DNA of 63,722 bases, the filler included, from Lenisia limosa (taxonomy: Eukaryota; Protista; Breviatea), in assembly GCA_001655205.1 (NCBI GenBank). It is 11 parts of 11 records of this genome, joined end to end, with 100 filler letters (N's around TTAATTAATTAA, not from the genome) between each part and the next. Parts side by side here need not be neighbours in the genome. Positions count along the whole stretch, not along the records: positions 1 to 21,886 come from LPNZ01005641.1; 10 more parts are not named here. One strand, 5' to 3'. Positions 1-15,000 of this stretch are shown one piece after another (within the stretch, counting starts at the first letter, position 1; the number at the start of each line of letters is the position of its first letter). The translations under genes were made by a program, and so were the position numbers. The notes under the pieces are model-generated. The model worked only from the letters and a program-made list of their open reading frames with translations, did not search any database and had not been told where the DNA came from.

Positions 1-3000
1 GCCCTAAACGGCACAAAAACAAGCTTTTAAGCCACCAGCGTCGTCAGAGAGAATCACACCAAATTTTGAAGGGTTTTTTTGAAATAAATCCTCTGAGAGT
101 TGTGTTTGGAAAAATAAATCTCACAATTTTCAATTTTAGGGATATTTTTTTGAACTCTATTGGAAAGTTTGGTAAAACACCCACTTAACTTCAGCTAAAC
201 TTGAATAAAATAAAAATCTAGGGTTTTCTTGGGTTTAGCGAAACAGGCATATACAGTATATTCGCGCACACCAAATTAATCGGGGAAGATGCCCCATAGA
301 ATTCNNNNNNNNNNNNNNNNNNNNNNNNNNNNNNNNNNNNNNNNNNNNNNNNNNNNNNNNNNNNNNNNNNNNNNNNNNNNNNNNNNNNNNNNNNNNCGCA
401 CATCGGAACAATTATTGTTTGTGTATTATATTACGCTCCTGCGCAGACAATTGTCAGTAATTGTGTTAATGTACTATAAAATCGTTTACAAAGATATCGG
501 GATCATGATACAAAGTTGTTAGTACGTTGTAATTGTGAGTAATGCTGATGCCAATAATTTACATACAAGAAACAGTATTATGAAATGATAGGTGATAAAG
601 GTACACACAAAGCGAAACCATTATTTAAAAAAGTACCCTGCCAACTGAAACGCTGTCGTAGTGATCAGGCTGAATGTCGCTGATTTGTTCTCCATTGGCA
701 AGACGCTTGGTGATTCTTTCGGGAAGAACCTGAAGGAATGAATTTGAAGTTGAACTTAAATTCGCAAGTGACCTGGGGGGGGGGGTGTCAATAAATTATC
801 AGCCGAATGGAGTCACACAACCCAAGCACCTAACTCAAGTGTAAAACCACACACATCATCTCGTAGTCGTGATAAACGTCAGCTGTGTATTCGAGTATGT
901 ATATCATATTATATATCGATATATTTAACAATGAACTCTAGAAAATTCAAAAGTATCTTGTCTTTTATAGAAAGTTGGGAAGGCACTTCATATCACCAAT
1001 AATTCCACAAAAAAGTACACCTTTTAAAATCTCACCGTGTTAAGAAGCTGCGAGGTTTCGTCCTGTTTCTTCTTCTCCTTCTCCTCGACCACATCAAGTT
1101 GGCTCAGTAAATTAGCCATTGTTTGGTCAGTGTTCGCTAGGTTGGATAAGAAAATACAGATTATCATGAGTTCAACCCTGATTAAAAGCCCATAACAGAC
1201 AGCAATTGACATTGCTATCTTATAATCCAGTCATGAATATCCTCAGCAACATTGGTCAACATTTCCCCTCCCACATTTCTTGTCTGTTTCGTCATTAGAA
1301 ATATTACCAGCGCTCATGCGGTCGCGCAATAAGGATGCAGACAAAAGGAAGAACCTTGAGGGTAAGGGTGGCGCGATCATTAGCACTATTAACATATCAT
1401 ATAATAGCTATCATATATGATATTATATTTCTTACAAATATTATGTTAGAAATAAAAAGTCAGCCACCAACCTCAGGTCAGCTGCTTCGTCCTCTTCAAT
1501 CACCCATCCTGGGATCAGTGCAAGCATGCGAGATACACGTCGATCAATCATACTGAAACATATTATTGTTTCAGGTTGTTTCCAATACAGTATAATATGA
1601 ATTGATAAATAATAAGTCAAATGAGTTATAACAAAAAAACAGCAAAGCTACTCAATAAACATTGCTATGTTGAACTATTGTTTGATTATGGAAGCACCAG
1701 TACTGAGTTCAGTTTGAAAATTGCATACCTGACATGTCGTTCCGCTCTCCTGATCACAAGAATAAAGATGATCAAACTGACAGAAATGGCGGTTGTTGTT
1801 TCTGAAGGGAGTCAACCGAATATTTTGACGATTTAAAGGGATAGTTAATGGGGGAAACTGGACCTAAATTGAGGCAATTTTCTTAAGTTCAACTGCAGCA
1901 TTTTAACCAACTCCCGATAAACAATGCGGGCGGATTGGAGTGGGATATGAGTGAAGTTGTAATAGTAATGATGCAAACCCATCAAATCTTGCTGCAGTGC
2001 CCCTTCGATATCTGAGGTCAGTCCATCTAGAAGAACCTGCAGAGAACTGTTTCTAATTAGAAACGAATGTATCAGAAACCATTTAACATAGTCAAGTAAA
2101 TAATTAGTGGATACTAGATCAAAATATTTACCTATCGAGAGCGTCAGAGGTCGTAGATGCACCATCAACCAGCAGTTGGTACTGTCTGTTGCTGGTGGTC
2201 AAGTTGGCGGAATCGGCCTTGGATAGCGCGGCTCCGGCCTGCGGTTAGAATATATCAAGTTGGGTTGCAGGAAAGTTGCGGAGGGGAACAATATATCAGT
2301 TAATTGCCACCTTCATATTTCCAAAAATGACACTGCCCACTTGGATCCATCTTTGGATGAGTGTGTTGTAGCCGCCTTCTCCAGTGAAATGGTAACCTGG
2401 AACGTCCAGGGGAGTGGTATTCTCGTACATTTCGACATCATAAGCCGTGATACTAAAACAGTCACAAGGTCTAAGTAGCCGAAAATGTAGAAATTGGAAA
2501 TGAAAAATGGCGTTTCTTTACAGTGGATACCAAGCCGCATTTCCTACTCTCTTGACGCGTCACAATCGAGGACGTTTATCATGGTTGTTTCGGCCGCATT
2601 ACCCAGGCCGGTGATGGACGATTCCAATTGGTTACGCCAGAATCTAACAAAAGGGGGGTATTGGTCATAATATCAGATTTAGTTCAATTATCAAGATACG
2701 CTTCGATTTCAATTATCTTCTTGTGGGGTGCGAAGCTTACTCTGTCTCAGCGGTAGACCTGATCAGGTTGTTTGAGATGTACCCAGTCTAAACGGTCACT
2801 GACATGATATTTTGATGAAACAAAAAATGAGTTAGGCAAAACCAAATAAACCCATTTTTGAACAATACTGCTGCTTTTAGGAAACACTCTTGAGATGGAC
2901 TGTAACCACTCTAAACATCCGACCTTGTAGATGTACGCCTCTCGCTTGTTACCAAAGTCAAAGAGGGCAGTGGCTCCTCTCTACAGCGCGTTACATTGAC

Positions 3001-6000
3001 GAGTAATTTGATAGTTTCCAGATTTTATCGAGAACCCCGATGTCACATTTACAATTGCTGCACTCACCTGTCTGTCAAGGTTCTTGACAACGTACAACAG
3101 TACCACGAGGACAATAGCAAAGAGAATGCAAAATCCAATTAACATCTGGAGTCTTGGCTTGTTGAGGCTGATACCAATCTGATAATGTAATTATGTAACT
3201 TAAGAAGCCGAGTTTCACTTTCAAATACTCAACAAGAATCCAATTAACATCTGGAGTCTTGGCTTGTTGAGTATACTCAAAATCCTCGATAAATATCGAC
3301 ATTTTGTCCGTCTTTTGGAACCGAAGGTAAAGCTCCATTAAAAAAGGTTGAATGGATATCAATATTATTATTATAAGTTATATCAGATTATAAACAAGGT
3401 AATAGTTTAGTTTGCATACATGTTCATGTGAACAAAATACCTATATGTGTAATATAGCTGAAATAGATACCTCTTCTGATGCGTGACATAACAAAAAAAT
3501 TCGATTTGGACAGGTATTCCTAGTCTCTCACCAACCGGGTGAAGTGTGACTTTGGAGCGGCGATGGGCACTGAGGAACACCTTAATACGTTGAGAAAAAG
3601 TTGTCTTCGCGGTTGAGGGGGTATGATTGCGAATACGAGAGTTAACGATTACAAGGCCAAAAGTGCTTCTCATTGAGCTCGAGCAAATACACAAGAGGTT
3701 TGTACCCCATCGCTTGTACCTCCCTCCTCAAACCTCAACGTCGGCAAGATCCTGTCTCAGGAGCATCATCAGCAAAACAATGATGGGCGTGGTGATGATG
3801 GCGGTGATACGAAGGTAGTTGTTGTTATCACTCTTAACGTCAACCTAGAGCTGTCAAAAATGGGAGTTGGTCAATCGCCTCAGATTGTACTGTCCAAATT
3901 TCAAACCTTTGGTGAAAATATTGAGAATCAGCCCCCCCCCCCCTCACCTCAGNNNNNNNNNNNNNNNNNNNNNNNNNNNNNNNNNNNNNNNNNNNNNNNN
4001 NNNNNNNNNNNNNNNNNNNNNNNNNNNNNNNNNNNNNNNNCTCAACTGCAACAGTCAAAGCCAAAAAGAGAAGCACAATTGAGAAAGCACCCTTCCGTCC
4101 AATGCACTTAACCATAATGAGTACGTAATTGGTCTCGGTTATATAGAAGTTCTTACTAGATGTCATAAAAAAGGGGAAAGGGGAACATAAATATGATCTA
4201 CATACATATATACCAATTCCTACAAAGGAAGTTTTATACCTCCGGCAAAGCCCACATAAGTTAATAAAGCGACTGTCAATTAAGGTATTGGCGGCAAGCT
4301 CCCTCTAAAGATGGTCATCAATATCTGCTGAACAACGATATTTTGATTATTTACACTGTTTTGGGTTCTTTTTAATTTACTGATATGGATCATAAAAGTT
4401 CGAAGTTTTGGTTGGTGCATCCCTGTAATCTCACCCAAAGGTCTGAATATCCTAGAATCCCACAAAATGATCGTCAGTATATTCAGCCACCCCACCAGTT
4501 CATCAGAGGACCGCGTTTGGTCGTACGTTGAGTTGGTATAGCCCGATTTTATGATATCGGGGTAAAGGGCCTCATATGTTGAATAGCTTGATTCGGTTGT
4601 TATGTCATATGTGAAGCCTATAAGCTGCGGAACCTGCAAAGGAGATTATTAATTGACATACGGTATATTATCTTATTGTTACTTCAAAAAAAACGCAACT
4701 AAATGTACAGTTTAACAATAAAAAGCAGATTGGCAACGAATATTTCTGAAGACAAAAAGCGCAGTGTGGAAAGGGGTTTCCATTTCTGCTTACAGAAGTA
4801 TCAGGAATTCCCCATGACCATTGGGCAAGCTTCAAGCTGATTTTCAAAATGTCAATCAGCTAAATGGTTAAAGAAAACTATGCGGGTTATACATCGACAT
4901 AATATTTATATACAATATTATATACTCGAGTCATCATCAGCAGCATTCGAAACCACAGAAAAGGCCCATCGCACATCATTGGTAGTGGCATTGGCGATAT
5001 TGTCAAGGTTCGTCTCAACTTCGGAGTACTCGAAGGTGTGTACTGTATCATATGTATCCATGTTACCCTGGAGTGATAGTAAATCCAGAAATATTACTAT
5101 TTAAACCATAGTGTCAACAAGTACAATATATTATATATCATATTATACTATGCAATATATCCGATCCAATACTCTGGAAAGAGAATCCATTTCAATACCT
5201 TCATGTTTGATTGATTGGCGAATTCTAGCAATTCCAATGATATTTCACGCTTACAAGGGATTCATAGAACTCAAGATAAGCCTTCAAGTCACCAGTTTGG
5301 ATGAAGATGCGTGCTGAATGAATCTGCCAAAGTTAGGATATAATTTACATTATGTCCCCTCCCCCACTTTACAAATGAGTCCGAACCATGACATATAAAA
5401 ATGAAAAACAAAAATATCGCGTTGTATGACTAGTCCGTTCTCAACTGCGAATAAATCATTTCGATCCTTACCGACTCGCCCTTTCCCATACCATTTTATT
5501 GAAACGGTTGAAAGTATCAGTGTAGTGGTTATTAGTAGCAAGCCTCTCAATAAATCTGGTCTCTCCGTCCTAAAAGGTGTGAACGTCACAATAGCAAGGA
5601 TTGTGTCGCGGTACTAATAAGAAACAGTCAAAGGGAAGCTTGATACAAATACACGAAAACAAAGTAAACCTAAAGCTAACTGGATAAGACAATTTGTTCC
5701 GTTTAATATATCTGGCAATCCCGGATATCTATGTAAATTCAACATGTTTTGAGATAGTGACTTACTTCAAAAGCAGAAACACTTGAGAGGGGCACAATGA
5801 AAAAGAGTGCGGCAAGGATGGTTGTGATGAAGCAAATGAGGCCCAGCCTAAGGAACTGCAGCGATGCTTGTTTTTGGAGGTGGCTCAGCTCCTTGCGTGC
5901 GGCAGCGGAGGAAGACATCTTTAAAACAGCAGCCCTAATATGTGATCAATATAGAATCGAGGTCCATTTCGATCAGACAAAAACGAGCAAATATCAAATG

Positions 6001-9000
6001 TTGCAAACTTGAGTTTCACCGAAATATGGCGCTGTCTCCTAATAGCAACAATGGCGTAGAAAACAGTGCAAATGACCGCCGTGATTGAGAACACGCTTAT
6101 CAGTCTCATTGAATTGATCTACATTTGTGAAATTCAGAAGAAAACAAAACAAATAAGAAAAAACAAACAACAGTCCACCCCCTACAGTGTCATCAATGAA
6201 GCTGAGAGTATCCTGGCTTGAGCGATCTTCGAAGTCCCTAAAGGCATTGTTACGGTGGCCTGAAAGAGAGAAACGAGGATATAAAAATGAGAGTAAATGA
6301 TAACTCTGTTCAATATTCCTCTTCTACTAAAATTATTATCTCCCATGTATCAATTTTAAGCAGTACATTCATAATTTCCATGATGAATAGGGGCTCACTC
6401 AATAAACTGGTTAATTGGAATAATGGTTTCAGTAACGTGGTAGCTGCAAATGGAATCGTACATCATGACCTTGGCAAGGCGTTGCTACATTTGTAAAGCA
6501 ATCATTTGCATTGCAACGAATTTTCAGTAGAATCGATATGATATCATATGATATAGCAATATGTATATCACACCATCCATATATCTGTGAATTTTCCTCT
6601 ATCTGTGAATTTATTTGAAATAAGCGAAAAAATTGCTCCAAATGACACAAATCAAAATAACTTTTATTTGTTGGTGACAACATTATTATTTTGGCGAGGT
6701 TGCTGCTTATTTGTCTAGAGTACGGTAAGATGTAAAATATACCAATTATTTCTTCATAACAATAGAATAAACCTGAGTTTTCTGTCGTATATGTTTTTTT
6801 GGTTGTTTTTAATTGAAGTTAATTCTGAAGATGATCCTCAATAATGAAAAGAGTTAACATTAGTATATGATAAATACTGTGATACCAAACATTTTTATCA
6901 GGGAAAATGTTCATTTGGCTTGTTTTCACAAGAAAATTCACAGATATATGGACGGTGTGATATACATTTATCATATGTACATAATTATATTATTACAATG
7001 GTGGTATCTATTAAACTGTGGTCTTTATTAAAAAGCGAAACAACCCATCTCCCCATCAGCCAACAAGTTCAGTTTTGGGACGCGTAAGGTCGTAGGTTTT
7101 GTTGGTGTAAACATAGTTCGGATCCACATTGGGGAAGTCATCCGACACCGAAGTGGCCCACTTTTCCGAACTATGCGATGAGCAAATATCAATGTTAACA
7201 CCAAAAATGCAGACAAAGAACTGCCTTTCACCCCCTCCATACCTTGAGTTCCAAGTAACGTCCTCCACTTCGGGGGTCTTTGCAAATGTTAAGTCACTCG
7301 CAAACACGGTGAGGTACTGTGCCACCGACTCGTGGTGTTCTGGATGATAAAGAAAATGCAAAAGTAAGTATCAAAAGTCGTTTTGCCCCTGAGTTACCTA
7401 AAATGGCGTTTTTTGCCTTAGCATCGCCAAGCAATGCAGCCTCTTGGGCTGTGATAGAAAGTTCGTCCATAATGAAGGCGACATCTATGGTGGATTCCTT
7501 GTTTCGGGACTGAATTATGTCAGCGACATGCCTAGCAAATGCAATTTTGATATTGTACATGGCTGCATGCTATACATACAACATATCATATGAAGTAATA
7601 AATAAATGAATGATATTTATGATGATACATAATCTCAAATAATGCATTAATGATGTATTAGGAGTGCAAATCAAGAAAATAACGAAGAAGCCTTAAACGG
7701 TGAGAAGAGGATTTCCGAAAATACCATATCCACTAACATTCCAATATGAGCGATAGAAGTTGTAGTTGGCACTTTGGGCAAACGCTCCTGAGTCATAGAG
7801 GTTCCGTGTGACCTTCACGTATAGACCTTTCGACAAAAAGATATCCTAAAGAGTGTCACTATACATGGAACCAAAGGGAGCTCCATTGATACAAAGTGAT
7901 TATAATGCTTGAATATTCGGTTTTTGATCCACTTCAGAATACCTTAATATGGTGATCAAGATTGTCAGCAAAGTCGTTCATGTCGCCTTCGATGTTGAAG
8001 CTCAGAAGCAGGGTATAAGCCAGGGCAAGGATAACCAAGAGTGATGCAATGTCAACGAGTAACATGGAGGCGATGGAGCTTCCCTTTGATCCTACAAGTG
8101 GAATGAAAAATGGAAATTGAAGAAATATTGAACAAAATACAAAAACATTTCTAAATAAATGAAAGCACAGTCAAATCTGGAGCATCGCATCAATACTCCA
8201 AGACATAAATGAAATTTGCTTTGTATCAATTTTCCATTGCCAGCAAACCGCTTTCGTCAGTTGATGATGTATCAGACTGTGCATTGGAAGTTGCTTTACG
8301 GATACTCGGCCTGATGTCATCAGTGCTTCAATGATACCGTGTTTTATTCTTGCTCACTTTGATCCCAGTCCAGCTAATTTGACATCCCAAAAAGGCAGAA
8401 TATCATCCAATATTGGTTACATCTTTTATGGACCCAAGGAATAATTAAATATATCCTTCCTACATGACGCGGTCATCAACACTGGGAGCCTCTTTGTGGA
8501 CAGTGAGGTGCTTAAGAGGCGGTGGGCTTTTTTCCTCTGAATACTTAGTGAAAAGGCTACATCAATTATTGATATTATAAAATACGCCTTTATCACATTT
8601 TAAAATTGCTACTCTTCAAAAAAAGAACTGAAATGAACGGAACATATTCTCTTTGGATTTTCCCCATCCTCATTTTGCTAGCATACCTCCAGGTTGGTAG
8701 CCAAGATCATCGAGGTGCTCAAGTCCCCCGTCGTCGTAATCCTCGTTTTGCGAAATCAGTTCTTCTAAAAACATTAGACAGAAAGGGCTGGCTGCTGGTT
8801 CTTATCATTAATGTGTAACTTTTAAGTATTTTAGACCCTTACGGTATTATATCGTGTAGGACTTGATACAAGGCTTTCTAACGATACGTTGGATCAAAAA
8901 TAATCCGAAGAACTCATCCAATTAGCCCTCTTACCCACTGCCGCCGCAATCTCGTCAGGCTGGACAGAGAGTGGAGTAACCAAAAGTCCTTCTTTATGGG

Positions 9001-12000
9001 TGAGAAGAGAACATGTAATCAATCACACTTATATATAAACTGCATACTGTACTTTAGGCAACCATTGAACTGCTTTTCAATATCATAATCATCTTTGGTA
9101 ACATAATGGGGTATTAAGAGTAGTTCAGCCCAGATACCTTTCGGTGTCTGGCCACTGTTACCACTGTGGAGCAATAAAGGTTCATCTTCATCAACCTAAG
9201 ACAATGAAGACAGTAAATGTAAACTATACAACACCCACAAGATAGCAATATTCCGCCACCAACCACTTCAAGTTGCGGTGAGCTAGAAGCATGAGATGAG
9301 CGACTCCTGTTAGATTTTCTCGATTCTGGGCTGGGCTGGTCTTCGTCGGAGCTCGGAATAGGCTGAAATGTGAGAATGCTTTTAATGAATAAATTTTTTT
9401 GCGAAGACCATAATCCTTGGAGGAGAATGATACAAGAATACTCTAAAATATCATATGAAACTATGTTAGTACTAGAATTATCTAAAATCAACGTACTATG
9501 GTCAATATCCTTGATCATGTGGACGATTTCGTCTGTTTTTGCAATATAAAACCAAACCTCCACCAAAGGCATATTAGCAGTAGCACTGGCAGTAACAGTC
9601 GGATCACTGGTAGCAACCTGCATGGGCTCAGACTCGGTGACGTTTGCAGGCGGCATGAACACTTCCTCAGTAGGTGAGCCGTTACTGCAAAACTTGAGAG
9701 CTTGCTACATTATGTCCCATAAAAAATTGTATCCAATGCAGTAATCGAACAAGTAACTACTGCTTTAAGTTTGCAAGCTAAGCTATGTAATAAATGACTG
9801 GAACCTCAGAAAACCACAAACCTTCTCTGGTTACCCATTAGCTGCGGAATGGGCTCAATATGTGGGGACTGTCTCAGGGAACTCTGCTAAATTAGAGCCA
9901 CAAAGTGTTGAAAATTCAATTGATACAGTTGATTATTCTATAATATGTGATGTCAAAAAACATTATGCTCCACATTATCATCTTGATTTGATGAGAGAGT
10001 AACTTCGATTCTCAAAAGAAGACCGAAAACTAGATAATGCTTTGATCATAATAAGTCCGCTTTTTGAAAACCGAAACTGCTCCAATCAATATGACATAGC
10101 TGCTACATACATCGATGAGGAATTCAGACTCATCATCAGATGTTCTCCTAGACAGTGACTCAATTAACAAAAGAAGTGCTGGGTAAACAAAACAATAAAG
10201 AAGATATATGTTGCAAGCGATTTAATTTGTAAAGAAAAATCCTGAACTAAACTTTTCAGATCTATTAACATCCTTGGAGTTTGGACAGATATCACCCAAA
10301 CTAACTCGAGAGAAGAGGTCAAATTCTCAATTGCAACATTTCGACCTTAATGGTAAGAAATTGGAGTGAGGAATAGTTTCTTATTAAAATTATATCATGT
10401 CAAAATCCAGACCAAATATTTCAGTGTTGCCGCCGTCCATTTGCTTCTTCCTTGATCCAGCTTCTGATACAGTGGTCTTATCTCCAATCTAATAAGTGAA
10501 GAGCAAACCCGTCAAGCCATTTTGTATCATTATTACGCCATTATGTCAGCTTGGAAATGTTGAACTCTTGTGTAACTTGAAAATTTAACTGAATGTCCAA
10601 TAAGCCTTCAAATAGGATATTTGAGACATACTCGAAGCACTGCCTCCAAAGGTTTATGACAATGATACAAACAACCAACTTTGATGATAGCGGTTGCAGT
10701 TCCGGGCGTAATGTGATGGAATGAGTTCATAACAACAATCCAATCTCTCACGGCCTAAAATAGTCAAATCAATCGGACACAATACGGTCAAATAAGATGA
10801 TCAATCGATAAAATATTAAAGTATTTCGAAAAAGATAGTAAATCCCAACCTCACCTCACGAGTCCATTTTCTGATATTCAGAGTAACCATCATGAGAACA
10901 ACTACAATCGCGAACCCACATCCGAGGACAACGTACATGGCTGAATTGTTAGTAAGACTGCCAGAATGTAAACAAAACGTTTGAAAACATATCAATGGCC
11001 GTCAATAAAAAAAGCCTAAATATCTTTCAGAAATCCAAATAAACATATGAAACTCAAAATTAGAAGTCTAACAATTACTCTTTAAAAATATAACTCCCCA
11101 ATCATCCTACTTGTTGCTGTGAGGTTGTCATCCTCAACAGTGTCAAGAATTAGACTGTGCTGAGCCAGGGCGTTCCAAATGCCGGTGTTCGCATTGTCAG
11201 TGAGAAATAGATAGGCCTCCATGTCTGGGAGGTAAGTGGTGTTCAAAATGGCTTCCTTTACAGTTGTCCGAAAATGATTGTGAAATATCAAGAAAAAATG
11301 AGAAAGGTGTGTGCTGTTTGTTAAAATCACGATGGATGATTGTGTATAAGTCCAAACTGTGCTGTAATAATATATGTGATATGTGATATGTAATATACAT
11401 TACATTACGTCATAATCACCACCACATACCTTCATAATCAGCTGTAGGACAGTTGGTGGCTAGGCATGTGGTTTCAACAGCAGAAAGGGACACCAACTCC
11501 TCGACCATGGCTTTCACAACTGCTGCCTATTGATTGTCAATTTGACATAATTTGGAAATCTTTAGTGATAGCTATATGATGTATACATTGCTGAAAGCAA
11601 TGTTAGAGTGAATCTTAAGTCCAATACTCAATCTAAGGAAGCCTACACATTCGAAAAGAGAGATAGTGTCCTCAAGGTAATGTTGGACAAAGATTGAGTT
11701 CTCCTTGTTCAGGTAGTTGATTTTGGCTAAGAGATCAGATTGCAAAGAGAGGATTTTTCCTTTTTAACTTTCTCAGCCTAATTTCCCAGCAAACCATTTG
11801 TGGTGGGACTGAAGCCGTCTGAGCCTAAGAGAAGACGGGAGTTGGCCGTACCAAACATTTCCGAAGCTGTGGAGGATCAACAAAGCCCAAACTCAATCTG
11901 GAACAAGCAAGCATGAAACGTTCTACAGGCCCCACAAACCCTCCTTGAGCTCCTCCTGGATCTCCGTAAAGGACTTCAAGGGGTCATCAGCGTGGTGGAC

Positions 12001-15000
12001 AAGGCGATATGCATGGTGGCCGATTGCTGACATAGAAGCAAGACGGTCTCCGGCTGGAGAAGTAAAGCGGTTACATATGTACAACCTCATTTTATCGCTC
12101 AACTCTCAATATTATATCGATGTGGGCACGGCTGAAAATGAGTAAAGCATATCACTATTATTGCTTACTGTCATTATCATCTATTTTCTGATCGTATTTT
12201 GAGCTTTTGTCAAACTCTGTTAACCCACGTACATTGGTTGGCCTCCTTGAGAAGGTTGAGTTGGGTATTCATCAGGAGGTTCATCATGATGGACGTGATG
12301 ATGATGACTATTGACACCAGGTAGAAGCCGGCCCACATGTAGTGCTAAACCGTTACATATGTCGCCTATCTATTTGACTGAATCCGTCTCAAACCCTGGT
12401 GTTAGGGATGATTGTGTTGGGAATACATTATCCACCACGTTGCTATGTGTTCATATTCGACATAGTATGCAGACGCATTAAAAGCTTACCCGAAGGAGTT
12501 TGGAGGGATTTTTGGGGCGAATAATGGCCCATCTAGGTTGTTAAATTTGTCATTTAATCTTGAACGAGGAAACAAGAGAGTGTAGCATTTAACTCTCGCT
12601 TTTCTGACAAACCTGTCATGATGGTCTGCTGACATGATGGAAGAGACCTTATCTTCTTCTTCATCTACAATATTACACTTTGCACAATACGAAATGTTTG
12701 GAACACGCATGACTGAGGCCCTTAAATATAATGTAATACATGTAAATTCATAATGACAAGTCAAAGACAACAAAACTATATTGTATATCATAGGCAATAC
12801 TATGCCTCACCAATGGCAGTTCCTTGGATCTGCTGATACGCAGTATTGTTCTTCACCTCGGAGACAAACTTAATGTATGCACTAAAGGGTGAAAACAAAG
12901 TAAACCGGACAATCCAATTGATCATTCAGGTACAAGTCAACCCTCATTCAATCAGAGAATACAATTCAATAAAACCTGCTGATAAGAGGAGTACCCTATT
13001 TATTCACGTAATTTTGATAGGACATCCCACATAATAGAAAGGTGTCAGGATGGAAAATGAAAGTAGACACAAAACCTTAGGCCATAGCCTACGTAAGAAC
13101 AGTCTTGGAAGAAGAGCAGTTGGTACGGAGTTTGCTGAAGGCGTCTTCTGCTGCGGCCTCAGAAGCCTCAAGCTTGAGGGGTGAGTGATGGGATTCACCA
13201 ACTCCGAATATGATAATAGATTAAATATGTGTAGAAATGGGAAATCAAAAGTCTTGTCAGTCATTGCTTCTTATGTGTAGAAGATACCATAACCTAAGAA
13301 GCTTTGTTGATCAGAGTTCTAATTAAATCATCACTTTTATTACACCCTGCTTACATCAGCAATGATGGCGGGAAGGGTGGCCAAGTCAACGTTCGGACGT
13401 GATACACGGGTCCAAAACTCGCGGACATGGTCTGAATTATGGTTATTTTGAGAGTTCACATCTGCTTAAGAAAACAACTGTTAAAAACCAGTGTTCAATA
13501 CGGACGCGTACTGAGACAATTGGCGTGGTAGCGTTTTGCGTCTCTGAGAAGCTACAATGTCAACTCATCAGAAACAATTTCAGGAAACCAAATAGTCAAC
13601 AATACTAATACTGAATGAACAACTATCACAAGTGTTAACCAATTTGAACTTAAACTCAACGGTATCCACTCTCTGTGTTCGTCCATACCACCACAACTAT
13701 CATCACAATAACTGTTCACAAAAATAGCCCACTTTTCTGTATTCCGGAAGGTTGGCCAAGTCAGCCAGTCCACCACGAGCTGAACGGAGCCTGCAATGTC
13801 AATGTCGACAGTTCAAGAGATATTTTGAAAACTGGTATCATTGACATCTATCTCGGTCTCTCAAACCTCTGCGAGACCAAATCGGATGCTCTCCTATAGA
13901 GCATGTAACGAATCGACATCGACTGTTCAGTAGCCATGGCCTAGAGGGGTGATGGTCCGCCGGGGATTATGATGAAAACATCAGTTAATTTTACCCCCCC
14001 CCCCCCCNNNNNNNNNNNNNNNNNNNNNNNNNNNNNNNNNNNNNNNNNNNNNNNNNNNNNNNNNNNNNNNNNNNNNNNNNNNNNNNNNNNNNNGGCCGCG
14101 ACATGAGAGCAGAGAGCAAGGAAGTAGGGCGAAACGGCTGGGTGGTAAATGAAAGGAGCGGGAGGGTTTTGCATTTTTAATGTAAGATAACATTGCGTCT
14201 GTACTCGTAAGGGATGGTTTATGCTAATAGTGTCATTTTGGTGCGAATAAGACCTACTCTCAATCACAAAAATAACGACCGAGGAAATTTAGTTAACACC
14301 ACATTTCCAAAAAATAAACAGTCAACAATAATATAACTAACGAGAATCTTGAGGGATAACGGTTAAGTCCATGTAAGGATGTACGGCCACAAGCATCTGT
14401 TGATACTCATCGGACCTGTATAAGTTAACCTAGGTATTGCTGAAACCCAATCTATTGCTTATATAAACAGTTAACTGATGATATCATATGATAAAAACGT
14501 ACATACATATAAATCATACGTTATATTAGTCGGATATCCGAGGCAACATAAATAAAGCCCCAACAAACTCGCGTGAAAAATTGGTGAGCTGACGAGAAAC
14601 AATTTCGAACTCATAGCAATCCTTGATAGGTGGCATGCCTGCAAAGATGATCAGGGTAATATGTGAAGTTTATTTTGGGACAAGTCATATATAGCTGCAT
14701 CTAAAGATGTCCTGACTTCCTGAAAGACAGGTATCATGGCGACAATAATGTGATTATATAGTGAGTTCAGTCTATTTGGGACAATTATAACACCCCCCCC
14801 CATCCATAAAACTGAACCTCAGGTATAACCACCACATGCTCACAGAGGACATCATCGCGATCAAGAGTAAACTTGAACTTCCCCCTTCTTGTAACTGCTT
14901 TGTCAATACTTATCACATGAAAACTTCAGATAAGAATTCTTACGCTGAGTGGTGTTTTTTTATTTGTATTTTTGGTAACAATAATAAAGATACAGAGAAG

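Noticed and set aside
13080-13110. Apparent in-frame TAG suggesting stop readthrough or an alternative code in the cyclase gene
   Set aside because: Resolved by a canonical intron (AC|GTAGG...TTTAG|T), giving KTVLT-AYIKFVSEV; other apparent stops also fall in introns.
898-14492. Recurrent ATATCATATGATAT-like palindromes in introns
   Set aside because: Low-complexity AT motif with inconsistent position; not distinguishable from background by eye.
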